The notes under the pieces are model-generated. The model was not told the DNA's origin. It saw only the letters and a list, made by a program, of their open reading frames with translations, and searched no databases. Shown here in pieces: positions 16,641 to 26,402 of a stretch of 32,000 nucleotides of DNA. The stretch covers positions 900,001 through 932,000 of the forward strand of contig CP002278.1 of the NCBI GenBank assembly GCA_000166095.1, written 5' to 3'. Position 1 is the stretch's first letter; the number at the start of each line of letters is the position of its first letter. This DNA is from Methanothermus fervidus DSM 2088. Lineage in GTDB: Archaea > Methanobacteriota > Methanobacteria > DSM-2088 > Methanothermaceae. The translations under genes were made by a program, and so were the position numbers.

Positions 16641-17624
16641 ATGGGTGTAAATTTAAGGGATATTATATTTTTTGAAAAATTAGAATTAAAGGATCTTGAA
16701 GGCTTAACAATTGCCATAGATGCATCCAATTGGATATATCAGTTTTTATCAAGCATTAGACAAAGAGATGGCACTCCATTAATGGATAGGAAAGGTAGAG
16801 TCACTTCACATCTTGTTGGTATACTTCATCGTACTTCAGCACTAGTTGAAAATAACATTAAACCTGTGTATGTTTTTGATGGAAAATCTTTAGCATTGAA
16901 AAGTGAGACAATATCTGAGAGAACAAGAATGAGATTGGAAGCAGAAAAACGTTGGAAAGAAGCTCTCAAGAAGAAAGATTTAGAAAAAGCTAGAAAATAT
17001 GCTTCAAGAGCTAGTAGGATATCAAAAGAAATAATAGAATCTTCAAAAGAATTACTGGATGCAATGGGAATACCTTATATTCAGGCTCCAAATGAAGGTG
17101 AGGCACAAGCAGTATATCTTGTAAAGAATGGAGATGCATGGGCAGTAGCATCTCAAGACTATGATTGTTTATTATTTGGTGCACCAAGAGTAATTAGAAA
17201 TTTAGCAATAAGTTCAGATATAAATTTGGAGTTATTGGAATTAGATAAAATTTTAAAAAAATTAGGAATTAGTCGAGAACAGCTCATAGATATTGCATTG
17301 TTGGTAGGTACAGATTTTAATCCAGGTGTTAAAGGAATTGGTGCTAAAAGAGGATTGGAGTTAATTAAAAAATTTGGAGATATATATACTGTAATAAAAA
17401 GGATGAATCTTGAGGTTGATTTTGATCCAGAGGTTCTTAGGAATATTTTTCTAAAACCTAAAGTAAAAAAGAAGTATAAAATTGTTTGGAAGAGACCAGA
17501 TAAAGAAAAAATGATTAAGTTTCTTTGCGATGAACATGACTTTTCAAAAGAAAGAGTTTTAAATGTATTTAAAAAATTAAAAAAAGTTGATTTTACGCAG
17601 AGGAGACTGGAAGAATGGTTTTAG
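16641..17624 (+). CDS. fen: Flap endonuclease 1
   Basis: MGVNLRDI..., IDASNWIYQFL, XPG-N/XPG-I acidic motifs (APNEGEAQAVYL, SQDYDCLLFGA), and H3TH (LVGTDFNPGVKGIGAKR). Confidence 0.95.
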   Translation: MGVNLRDIIFFEKLELKDLEGLTIAIDASNWIYQFLSSIRQRDGTPLMDRKGRVTSHLVGILHRTSALVENNIKPVYVFDGKSLALKSETISERTRMRLEAEKRWKEALKKKDLEKARKYASRASRISKEIIESSKELLDAMGIPYIQAPNEGEAQAVYLVKNGDAWAVASQDYDCLLFGAPRVIRNLAISSDINLELLELDKILKKLGISREQLIDIALLVGTDFNPGVKGIGAKRGLELIKKFGDIYTVIKRMNLEVDFDPEVLRNIFLKPKVKKKYKIVWKRPDKEKMIKFLCDEHDFSKERVLNVFKKLKKVDFTQRRLEEWF

Positions 17625-19593
17625 ATAATTTATAATAAAATCTATTTTCTTTACAATATTCTATAAGTCTTCTGTAAGAAGGATGTACACTTAAAGTTTC
17701 TGAATCTCCAATTATAACTAATTTTCTTTTAGCCCTTGTTAATGACACGTTTAATCGTCTTAAATCTTCTAAAAATCCAATTTTTCCTTTTTTATTACTT
17801 CTTACCATTGATATTATTATTATTTCCTTTTCTCTACCTTGATAACCATCAACTGTATTTACTTCTACCTTTGCAATCTTACTGAGATAATCAACTTGAT
17901 CATCATAAGGTGTTATTATTCCAATGTCATCGGTGGAGACACCGCTTTTTATAAAGAAGTTTTGGATTAAAATACATATATCAGCTTCCAGTGGATTGTA
18001 AAGAGAAGGTGATCCTTTAAACCTTCTTTCAAATTTATTATCAAGGTCACAGGTATCTATGAATGTTAAAGGATCTCTTATTAACATTTCTTGCAATTCT
18101 TTACTTAAATTTTCATCCTTTATTTCTTTCTTTATTAAATCCTTTGGTGAAAGTTTTTCTAAACCTGCTGCACTTTTTATTTTTCCATTGTAGAATTCAT
18201 TATTTGGAAATTCCATTAATTTTGGATTCATTCTATATTGATATTCTAGCATATGAGATTTTGAAGGATATTTACTTATTAATATTGAAAATAATGTCTT
18301 TTCTAATTCTTTAGCATCAGGATTTAAAATTGTAGGTGGTAATTGACGATGATCACCCGCTAATATGAAACGTGGGGCTCTAGAAAGTGGAATAAGCACG
18401 CTTGGAATTGTTGCTTGGGATGCTTCATCAACTATTACAACATCAAATTCAACATCTCTTAAATATTCAAGATATACTGATGAATTTGTTGATAAAACAA
18501 CATCAGATTCTTCAATTATGTTTTCTACAATTCTATTTTCTATTTCATCAATTTTATTATATAATTCAGTTATTCTATTGTTTATTCTTATCCAATTTGC
18601 CATTGATATCATGACATTAGGTGATATTCCACGTACACCTCTTCTCCTTCTGGCATTTCGAATTATTTGCCTATCACTTAATCCACGTCTTAATGCTGGT
18701 GTTGGTTTATGATATCTATCTCTTTCCTTAGTTAGCTTATCAATTTTCTTTTGCAACCTTTCAATTTTGGAATATTTAGGATGTTCTTCAACTTGGAATG
18801 CTAAAGTACGTTCTATATTCTTTTTGGATACTCTTTGTGGATGACCCACTCTTACACATTTCATATTTTCAGGAAGTCTTTCAAGTATGTTGTCAACTGC
18901 AATGTTACTTTCTGCTGTGACAAGCACTTTATTACCTCTTTTGACTTCTTGTTTGATGATTTCTAAAATAGTCCTTGTTTTTCCTGTACCAAATGGCCCA
19001 TGAATCAAGAAAAAGTCTTTAGTTGCTAAAGCTTTAGATATTGCTTCTATTTGTGATTCATTTAATTTTTTATCTATAAGTTCGAACTCTTCTTTTTTAA
19101 TATCTAAATCAGGGGTAGCTTCATCAAGGATGTAAGATAAAACTTTGATTGTGTTCTCATTTAAGTTTTTTAAATTATCAATCATTCTCCTGAAAGTTAT
19201 ATCATTTGCATAGAGGTCAATTCTTACATTTTTTAATGCCCATTTAGGAACATCTTCTAATGCAACTGTTATAAATCGGTTACCTTTTTCAGCGACGGTC
19301 CCTACTAAATCACTGTAAAGAGGATTTCCCTTACTTATTAAAACTAAATCACCAACTTTTATTTCAGTTTCAATTTCTTTTCTACGTCCATATCTCACAA
19401 GTGTAAAACCTAATTCCCTTCCTAATATTTTTCCATTGAGATTGTTTATAGCCCTGCCTACCTTTTCTCTCTCCCGGGCTGAAAGCCTTGCCATTTCAGC
19501 TCTCATGGCTTCTATTTCTGCTTCTCTTTCCATTTCAACAAGTCTTATAAGCTTTCTAACATAATTTTTTATTTTTCTCTTTATTCTAACCAT
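17593..19593 (-). CDS. SF1B Upf1/IGHMBP2-like (DNA2/NAM7 family) helicase
   Basis: Walker A HGPFGTGKT, DEASQ, and GDHRQLPP, followed by the C-terminal VDGYQGREKEIIIISMVRSN and RRLNVSLTRAK motifs. The 3' end overlaps the fen 3' end by 32 nt (convergent). Confidence 0.9.
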   Translation of the reverse strand: MVRIKRKIKNYVRKLIRLVEMEREAEIEAMRAEMARLSAREREKVGRAINNLNGKILGRELGFTLVRYGRRKEIETEIKVGDLVLISKGNPLYSDLVGTVAEKGNRFITVALEDVPKWALKNVRIDLYANDITFRRMIDNLKNLNENTIKVLSYILDEATPDLDIKKEEFELIDKKLNESQIEAISKALATKDFFLIHGPFGTGKTRTILEIIKQEVKRGNKVLVTAESNIAVDNILERLPENMKCVRVGHPQRVSKKNIERTLAFQVEEHPKYSKIERLQKKIDKLTKERDRYHKPTPALRRGLSDRQIIRNARRRRGVRGISPNVMISMANWIRINNRITELYNKIDEIENRIVENIIEESDVVLSTNSSVYLEYLRDVEFDVVIVDEASQATIPSVLIPLSRAPRFILAGDHRQLPPTILNPDAKELEKTLFSILISKYPSKSHMLEYQYRMNPKLMEFPNNEFYNGKIKSAAGLEKLSPKDLIKKEIKDENLSKELQEMLIRDPLTFIDTCDLDNKFERRFKGSPSLYNPLEADICILIQNFFIKSGVSTDDIGIITPYDDQVDYLSKIAKVEVNTVDGYQGREKEIIIISMVRSNKKGKIGFLEDLRRLNVSLTRAKRKLVIIGDSETLSVHPSYRRLIEYCKENRFYYKLSKTILPVSSA

Positions 19594-19602
19594 GGTTTTA
19601 CC

Positions 19603-20190
19603 TCAGAAAGGAGGATAATTACCAAAAAATTCCCTTGCATACTCTCTGGCTATTTCAACTTGTTTTGGATATTCTTTATACATTTTATTTTCTAAATCTT
19701 TACGATTTTTTGACGTTACTATATATTTCAATATCTTTACATATTTACTCAACTGTTCACAAGAACAAGGCATTTCCAAAGTTATACATACATCTTTTTT
19801 CTTAAAATATTTTGTCCTTATATGTGGTGAAACAGATCCTATCAATATTCCATCTTCCAATTCTATGAGTGGTGGTACGCCATATTTCCATCTTCTTTCC
19901 GGGTCTACAAGTTTTTTATAGTTTTTAGGGTTATAACAATGCGCTTCAACATATATTCTGGGTTTATACTTAAGTATTAAATGAATTAAATATTTTCCTA
20001 TTGGTGTTTGATAATATTCTTCACATAAAGTACTAATATACCTACTTTTATCTCCATTGTAAATAATGACTTTTCCATCTTCTACAATGTTTGGAGTTAT
20101 CTTTCTTAATGCATGTATTGTTACTTCTGATTCTTCTCCATGCAATCCGCCTACGAAAAGCCTGACTGGTTTTGAACTTTTCTGGATCAT
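19603..20190 (-). CDS. DUF2119-like protein; predicted M14/AstE-type zinc hydrolase fold
   Basis: VRLFVGGLHGEE (HxxE) and VEAHCY resemble the zinc-ligand pattern of the succinylglutamate desuccinylase/aspartoacylase superfamily. ATG at 20190 preferred; the track TTG at 20250 overlaps ahcY. Confidence 0.5.
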   Translation of the reverse strand: MIQKSSKPVRLFVGGLHGEESEVTIHALRKITPNIVEDGKVIIYNGDKSRYISTLCEEYYQTPIGKYLIHLILKYKPRIYVEAHCYNPKNYKKLVDPERRWKYGVPPLIELEDGILIGSVSPHIRTKYFKKKDVCITLEMPCSCEQLSKYVKILKYIVTSKNRKDLENKMYKEYPKQVEIAREYAREFFGNYPPF

Positions 20191-20231
20191 TCTGAAAAAA
20201 CTCAAAATAACACCTAAAAATTGAGGTTTGT

Positions 20232-21485
20232 TTAGGTTCCTTCTTCCCAACTTGAAAGATATTTCTTTTGTTTTTCAGTGAGTTTATCAATGCTTATTCC
20301 CATGGCTTCTAATTTTAATTTAGCTACTCTAGTATCTATTTCTTCTGGAACGTTATATACACCGATATCTAATTCATTCTCAGATAAATATAAAACTGAC
20401 AAGGCTTGAAGAGAAAAACTTATATCCATAATTTCTGATGGATGTCCCTGACCTCTACTTGATGCAAGATTTACAAGCCTTCCTTCTGCAAGGAGATATA
20501 ACCTTCTACCGTCCTCAAGAACAAACTCTTCAATATCTTCATTAATTTTTTTATGTGAAATAGAAATATCAATTAAATCATTGCGGTTTATCTCAACATT
20601 GAAGTGGCCAGAATTTGCTAATATACATCCGTCCTTCATGTTTTCAAATTCTTTTCTAGTAACAACATCTATATTGCCAGTTGCAGTTATGAGAATATCA
20701 GCATATTTTACTGCATCACTGATTTTCATTACTCTAAATCCATCCATTCTAGCTTCTAAAGCCCTTATTGGATCAACTTCTGTTACAATTACTTCAGCTC
20801 CTAAACCCTTAGCTCTAAGTGCTATACCTTTACCACACCATCCATATCCACACACTACAACAGTTTTTCCGGCTATTAGCATGTTTGTTGTACCCATAAT
20901 CGCATCAAATGTAGATTGTCCAGTTCCATACCTATTATCAAAAAGATATTTTGTTTTGGCATTGTTTACGGCAATTACTGGAAACTTTAGTTCACCATCC
21001 TTATTCATAGCTTTTAATCGTTGGATACCTGTGGTTGTTTCTTCAGATGCGCCTCTTATATTTTTGATGAGTTCTCTTCTTTCCCTATGAACTAAAAATA
21101 TCATATCAGCTCCATCATCGATCAATATATCTGGTTCATGATCAAGAACTCTATGAATGTTCTCATAGTATTCCTCTGTAGTTTCATGTCTCCATCCATA
21201 TATATTAAGACCCAAGGATGCTCCTGCTGCTGCAGCATCGTCTTGAGTTGACAATGGGTTGCAGCCAGTCATTGCAACTTCTGCTCCACCTTCCATCAAT
21301 GTTAATCCTAAATTAATGGTCTTTGGTTCTAAATGTAAACAACTACCTATAGTGATTCCTTCCAGTGGTTTTTTATCTCTAAATTCTTTTTTTATCTTTT
21401 CTAACACAGGCATATGTCTTTGGACCCATTTTATTCTTTTTTTACCTTTTGGAGCTAAAGAAATATCTCTAACTTTATATGACAT
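20232..21485 (-). CDS. ahcY: Adenosylhomocysteinase family (S-adenosyl/S-inosyl-L-homocysteine hydrolase)
   Basis: [18 protein letters not shown] and the NAD-binding GYGWCGKG motif; full length, about 417 aa. Confidence 0.95.
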   Translation of the reverse strand: MSYKVRDISLAPKGKKRIKWVQRHMPVLEKIKKEFRDKKPLEGITIGSCLHLEPKTINLGLTLMEGGAEVAMTGCNPLSTQDDAAAAGASLGLNIYGWRHETTEEYYENIHRVLDHEPDILIDDGADMIFLVHRERRELIKNIRGASEETTTGIQRLKAMNKDGELKFPVIAVNNAKTKYLFDNRYGTGQSTFDAIMGTTNMLIAGKTVVVCGYGWCGKGIALRAKGLGAEVIVTEVDPIRALEARMDGFRVMKISDAVKYADILITATGNIDVVTRKEFENMKDGCILANSGHFNVEINRNDLIDISISHKKINEDIEEFVLEDGRRLYLLAEGRLVNLASSRGQGHPSEIMDISFSLQALSVLYLSENELDIGVYNVPEEIDTRVAKLKLEAMGISIDKLTEKQKKYLSSWEEGT

Positions 21486-21493
21486 TCAAACAC

Positions 21494-23692
21494 CTATCTA
21501 TATTGTATTTGTTCTTCCCTAGCTTTTTTCTGGGGCTTTATTTTTTCAATTGCCTTCTTAAAGTTTTTCATTGGCACTTCTTCTGCATCAAGATTTTCTC
21601 TTAAAGTCATTAATGCGGCTTCTCTACATACAGCTTCTATGTCAGCCCCAACAAATCCTTCGGTCATTTCTGCTAATTTTTCTAAATCAACATCATCTGC
21701 TAATGGCATATTACGTGTGTGTACTTTAAATATTTTAAGTCTTGTTTCTTTATCAGGTTTGCCAATTTTTATTTGTCTATCAAATCTACCAGGTCTTAAT
21801 AATGCTGGATCAATTATGTCAGGCCTATTTGTAGCTGCTAATACTACTACATCTTCTAGTTCTTCTAAACCATCAATTTCTGTTAACAATTGATTTACAA
21901 CCCTTTGTGTAACACCAGAATCAGCAGAAATACCAGTTCTTGTAGATGCTATTGCGTCTATTTCATCAAAGAAAACTATTGTTGGTGCAGTTTGTCTAGC
22001 CTTTCTAAATACTTCTCTAACACCTTTCTCAGATTCTCCCACCCATTTTGATAACAATTCAGGACCCTTTATTGCAATGAAGTTTGCACCACTTTCATTT
22101 GCAACAGCCTTTGCTAGCAATGTCTTTCCAGTTCCAGGTGGTCCATATAGGAGTACACCTTTTGGAGGTTTAATTCCAAATTTTTTGAATTTTTCTGGAT
22201 ATTTAAGTGGCCATTCTACAGTTTCTCTTAACTCTTGTTTTACGTCTTCTAAACCTCCCACATCATCCCAGGTTACATTGGGCACTTGTACTGTCACTTC
22301 TCTTAATGCAGAAGGTTGGATTTCTTTTAGAGCGTTTTTGAAATCTTCCCTTGTAACCACCATTTCTTTAAGCACTTCTCTAGGTACCTTCTCCTTACCT
22401 TTTATTTTAGGTAATATTCTTCTCAATACTCTCATTGCAGCTTCTTTACAAAGAGCTTCTAAATCTGCCCCAACAAATCCATGAGTTACATCTGCAAGTT
22501 CATCTAAATCAACATCATCTGCTAATGGCATGCCTCGAGTATGTATTTCTAAAATTTCCTTTCTTTCATCTCTGTCAGGCACTCCAATTTCTATTTCTCT
22601 ATCAAACCTTCCAGGTCTTCTTAATGCAGGATCCAATGCATCTGGCCTGTTTGTTGCACCGATGACTATTACTTGTCCTCTTGCTTTTAGACCATCCATA
22701 AGTGTGAGCAATTGTGCCACAATTCTTCTTTCAACTTCACCAGTTACTTCTTCTCTTTTAGGCGCTATTGCATCGATTTCATCTATGAATATAATTGATG
22801 GTGCATTTTCTTCTGCTTCTTTGAATATTTCTCTCAATCTTTCTTCAGATCCACCAACATATTTACTCATGATTTCAGGACCATTTATTGCGATGAAATG
22901 AGCATCACTTTCATTTGCAACAGCCTTTGCTAGCAATGTCTTTCCAGTTCCAGGTGGTCCATGCAAGAGAACTCCTTTTGGAGGTTCTATACCTAACCTT
23001 TCAAACAATTCAGGATTTTTTAAAGGTATTTCTATCATTTCTCTTACTTTTTGTATAGCTTCCTTCATTCCACCAATATCTTCATAAGTTACGTCAGTAA
23101 GACTTTTAATACCTTCTATTTCACTTACATCTACAGGTTTTGACTGAATTTCTACATCTGTTGTATCTGTTACACGAACAATTCCTGGAGGTTTTGTTGA
23201 TACCACTGCAAATCTTATTTCACCTAAAGGAGATAAATCCATCATTTCTTTAAATATTTCTTCAAAGAACCCTCCACCAAGTCCGCTTATGCTAGGTCTT
23301 AAACTGGAGACTATTATATCTCCCTTTGTTAAGATTCTATTAATAAATGCAGATCTCACATCTCCACGAACCATTACATGCTGATCTATTGGAGCTAAAA
23401 CAACTTTTTCAGCTTCCTTTACTTCAGCTTTTCTTATTTTTACTTCATCGCCTATTGAGGCTCCTGCATTTTTCCTAATATATCCATCCATTCTTATTAC
23501 ATTTAATCCTACATCAGTTTCTGATGGACGTACTATAGCTCCAGTAACTTTTTTACCTTCTATTTCTATTACATCGCCCTCTCGTACGCCCAATTTTTCC
23601 ATAAGTTTTGGATCAAGCCTAACTATTGATTTTCCAACATCTGATTGTGATAATGCTTCCGCAACTTTAGCTTTAACTTCATTCTTCTCCAT
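21494..23692 (-). CDS. Cdc48/VCP-like AAA+ ATPase (two AAA domains)
   Basis: N-domain followed by two [18 protein letters not shown] Walker A motifs, two DEID Walker B motifs, and SRH regions. ATG at 23692 lies 4 nt after GGTGAT; the track GTG at 23704 is within the RBS. Confidence 0.95.
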   Translation of the reverse strand: MEKNEVKAKVAEALSQSDVGKSIVRLDPKLMEKLGVREGDVIEIEGKKVTGAIVRPSETDVGLNVIRMDGYIRKNAGASIGDEVKIRKAEVKEAEKVVLAPIDQHVMVRGDVRSAFINRILTKGDIIVSSLRPSISGLGGGFFEEIFKEMMDLSPLGEIRFAVVSTKPPGIVRVTDTTDVEIQSKPVDVSEIEGIKSLTDVTYEDIGGMKEAIQKVREMIEIPLKNPELFERLGIEPPKGVLLHGPPGTGKTLLAKAVANESDAHFIAINGPEIMSKYVGGSEERLREIFKEAEENAPSIIFIDEIDAIAPKREEVTGEVERRIVAQLLTLMDGLKARGQVIVIGATNRPDALDPALRRPGRFDREIEIGVPDRDERKEILEIHTRGMPLADDVDLDELADVTHGFVGADLEALCKEAAMRVLRRILPKIKGKEKVPREVLKEMVVTREDFKNALKEIQPSALREVTVQVPNVTWDDVGGLEDVKQELRETVEWPLKYPEKFKKFGIKPPKGVLLYGPPGTGKTLLAKAVANESGANFIAIKGPELLSKWVGESEKGVREVFRKARQTAPTIVFFDEIDAIASTRTGISADSGVTQRVVNQLLTEIDGLEELEDVVVLAATNRPDIIDPALLRPGRFDRQIKIGKPDKETRLKIFKVHTRNMPLADDVDLEKLAEMTEGFVGADIEAVCREAALMTLRENLDAEEVPMKNFKKAIEKIKPQKKAREEQIQYR
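22090..22146 (-). repeat. 57-nt segment identical to 22906-22962 (D2 Walker A region of cdc48)
   Basis: By-eye comparison: CACTTTCATTTGCAACAGCCTTTGCTAGCAATGTCTTTCCAGTTCCAGGTGGTCCAT occurs at both positions. Confidence 0.85.
22906..22962 (-). repeat. 57-nt segment identical to 22090-22146 (D1 Walker A region of cdc48)
   Basis: Same as the previous entry. Confidence 0.85.
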
Positions 23693-23990
23693 GCCTATCA
23701 CCACTTTATTTTGTTATGTGAGTTCTTATTGATAATTTTTAGTAAAATTTTGTAACTATAATATACTTTAACATATTAATTATATATATTTTTAATTTTT
23801 TGTAAAAAATTGCATAACACTTCTAAAATTTTTCATAATTTTAGTATTTCGAATTATTTGAAGAAAAATAAAAGAAATTTGTCATCGTTTTATACTTTTT
23901 TCTTAAATGTTTTTACATATTTATAAGTCGAAAATTATATTATGTACATATCGTTTATATAAAAATGAAAATCAAGAAGGAGGTGAAAAA

Positions 23991-26363
23991 TTGTCAAGAA
24001 AAATTTTGGCAATAGCTTTACTAGTGACATTCATAAGTTTGACTTTAGGAACAGCTACAGCATCAGAAGTATATGACATTTCCAAACAAATAGTGATGGA
24101 TGCAAAAAACAAACTGAACATTGATAACAACAGCCAATGTTTGGTAATAACCACAGCAGGAAGTGCCAGATACAAAAATGAAAATACTGTAGATGGAATA
24201 CAAGCTGTAGTTGATCATATGCCATCTGCAAGATTAGGTAAAGGAAACATTCTAACATTGTATAAATATGGAAACTTAGAGTTTACATTTGTAAAAAAAG
24301 AAGACAAAGAATTGTATGCAATAAAATATTATGTTGATGATTCTGGAATCAAAAGTACTCCAAAGTTAAATATTGGATTCAACATTGACGAAAATCAGTT
24401 CAATGTAGCTAAAAATTATTTAGGATACGACACTATAACAATAGCGTGGGCATGGGCATCAGGTGCACCTCCAGATCTTTTAGAGATAGCAACTACCACA
24501 TGGAGTATAAGACCTCAAACAATAGCCGATTATGCCATCACAAAACATTATATAGCTAACTTTAACCCCAGTGAAACAATACTTATAAGTAAATCTGGAA
24601 ATTATGATGATGATGCAGCATTGCACTTAGTTGGCAATAGATTGCATGCTGTATATAAATATGAAGGTCCAGACGATGAAAAAGTGTTCATTGCATATGA
24701 TTACCCATCTTGTGTAGTAGTTCATTACAAAGAAAAAATAAGCAAAACAAGGCCAGAGAGCCTTGAAGAACTTAAAGAAATGATAGCATGCATTGAAAAA
24801 TTAAAAACAAATCCATCATCATTATTCTCAATTAAATATCTTAAGACTGGAAATTCAAATGATGCAGCTTATTTAGCTAAAAATGGAATAGACGAGAATT
24901 ATATATCCAAACTTAATAATGCCAACATAGAATTACATGAACCAAAAATAGCAGAGGTAAATTATGATAAATATTACAATCTTGGTAAAGAAATTTTCAA
25001 CAAAGTTTATAAGGTAGGATTATTTACAACTGAAGACATTAACGCTGGCAAAGTCACTGTAGTTTTACCTCCTTACTACAGTGTTTACAGTGGAACAAAT
25101 GAATATATTGCTGGATTAATAGACGGAATCATTGATGCTGCAAAAGAATTTGGTGCTGTATTCCCAATTAGAAATATTTTCCAAATAGATAACAAATGGT
25201 ATGATTGGATTGGCAGTCAAATATCTATAATATTTGCAAAATCTGAAAATGAGAGATTTTTAACCACTAATAAGCTAGAAGACCTTAAAATACAAGGCGT
25301 GTTTGTAACGATTAAACCTCCAAAGATTGAAGTTAGTGAAATTCGTGACATAAGTCCTGCTAACGATCCTTCTCCAGTAGCTAAATATGGTTTTGAAGAT
25401 CCATTAAAGATGATTTTTGCTTGGAGCATGGGCTCACCATATGAGTATCTATGGATATATCAACGTTCAGGACGTTCATATACATGGGAAGATTATGATA
25501 TTGTATTAGCATTAGAACCATGGAAAATCAATGATGGAAATCTTATTTTAATAGCACCTATAGGGGAATGGGAATGGAGCAGCGATGCTTTACTCAGGGT
25601 AATAGGATACGGTGTATCACCTTCCAGAGGTACCTACTTCTCATATACCATAACACAGCCAGTTGAAAGTCTTACAAATATCTATAGAATAATAGGTATT
25701 CCCAATACAATAAAATTAATTACTTATGATAAAAGTAAAATTGCCAAACTTGTTTCTGCACGAGGATTCACGTGTTCTATAGGAAATCAACTGTATCGTT
25801 CACTTTATCTTTGGAACAACAAAGAAGATTCTAAAGATTTCAAAGATGCCATATTTACTACTGAAATTAAACAAATATCTATTGAAGAGATATTGAAGTC
25901 ACAAGATCCTGTAGCTTTATTATTAGCTCCACCTACTCTAACTCCTACACCCACTCTATCTCCAATTCCAACACCTACACCAACAGTACCGCCAACTCCA
26001 TCTCCAATTTCCACACTTACTCCAACTTCAACCTTTATATCTACGCCAACCCCCATATCAATAGTGTTACCAACCCCAATTCCTACGCCAATGCTTATAC
26101 CAGCAGCCATGCCAACAACGGTGTCAAACCTGGCTTTATCAGCGTCTTTACCTACATTACCAACTTCTACACCAACAAAAACTGTTAAAAAAATAATTAA
26201 ACCAACGACAATGACAAAAATTGCTCCAAAAACTAGTAAAAACTTGAATACAGTGATATTGTATGTTGCCACATTAACAGCAATACTGGCAGTTGTCTAT
26301 GGCATAACCTACCTTATAAAACGTAGAAAGGAATTAATATTGCGTACAGAACCTGGAAAATAA
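23991..26363 (+). CDS. Secreted, C-terminally membrane-anchored surface protein with degenerate FmdE-like repeats and a Pro/Thr-rich stalk
   Basis: TTG at 23991 lies 4 nt after GAAGGAGGTGA and yields a signal peptide (SRKILAIALLVTFISLTLGTATA|SEV). Repeated blocks resemble the FmdE core (VDGIQ...GKGNILTLYKYGNLEFTF; IAWAWASGAPPDLL). An ~80-aa P/T stalk is followed by the TM helix VILYVATLTAILAVVYGITYLI and KRRK. The track ATG at 23907 adds 28 non-signal residues. Confidence 0.7.
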   Translation: MSRKILAIALLVTFISLTLGTATASEVYDISKQIVMDAKNKLNIDNNSQCLVITTAGSARYKNENTVDGIQAVVDHMPSARLGKGNILTLYKYGNLEFTFVKKEDKELYAIKYYVDDSGIKSTPKLNIGFNIDENQFNVAKNYLGYDTITIAWAWASGAPPDLLEIATTTWSIRPQTIADYAITKHYIANFNPSETILISKSGNYDDDAALHLVGNRLHAVYKYEGPDDEKVFIAYDYPSCVVVHYKEKISKTRPESLEELKEMIACIEKLKTNPSSLFSIKYLKTGNSNDAAYLAKNGIDENYISKLNNANIELHEPKIAEVNYDKYYNLGKEIFNKVYKVGLFTTEDINAGKVTVVLPPYYSVYSGTNEYIAGLIDGIIDAAKEFGAVFPIRNIFQIDNKWYDWIGSQISIIFAKSENERFLTTNKLEDLKIQGVFVTIKPPKIEVSEIRDISPANDPSPVAKYGFEDPLKMIFAWSMGSPYEYLWIYQRSGRSYTWEDYDIVLALEPWKINDGNLILIAPIGEWEWSSDALLRVIGYGVSPSRGTYFSYTITQPVESLTNIYRIIGIPNTIKLITYDKSKIAKLVSARGFTCSIGNQLYRSLYLWNNKEDSKDFKDAIFTTEIKQISIEEILKSQDPVALLLAPPTLTPTPTLSPIPTPTPTVPPTPSPISTLTPTSTFISTPTPISIVLPTPIPTPMLIPAAMPTTVSNLALSASLPTLPTSTPTKTVKKIIKPTTMTKIAPKTSKNLNTVILYVATLTAILAVVYGITYLIKRRKELILRTEPGK
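25927..26180 (+). repeat. Low-complexity Pro/Thr(Ser,Ile)-coding tract (imperfect ACn-CCn repeats)
   Basis: Encodes PPTLTPTPTLSPIPTPTPTVPPTPSPISTLTPTSTFISTPTPISIVLPTPIPTP... The long antisense ORF 25805-26272 is an artefact of this tract. Confidence 0.85.
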
Positions 26364-26402
26364 ATTTTTTCTTCTTCTTTTAAATTTTTAGGAGGTGAAA
26401 TA

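Noticed and set aside
20581-22901. Several long plus-strand ORFs (20581-21090, 21639-21893, 22077-22484, 22530-22901)
   Set aside because: They lie antisense to ahcY and cdc48, whose products are unmistakable. They are low-complexity S/P/L-rich translations typical of shadow ORFs.
23705-23990. 286-bp AT-rich gap between cdc48 and the surface-protein gene as a possible ncRNA, CRISPR leader or mobile-element scar
   Set aside because: It contains no repeats, tRNA-like structure or ORF. It is consistent with a divergent promoter region holding several TATA-like boxes, and I cannot single out one.
25805-26272. 155-aa minus-strand ORF rich in GVG/VGV repeats
   Set aside because: It is the antisense shadow of the Pro/Thr-coding tract of the well-supported plus-strand surface protein. 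It has no RBS and no independent support.
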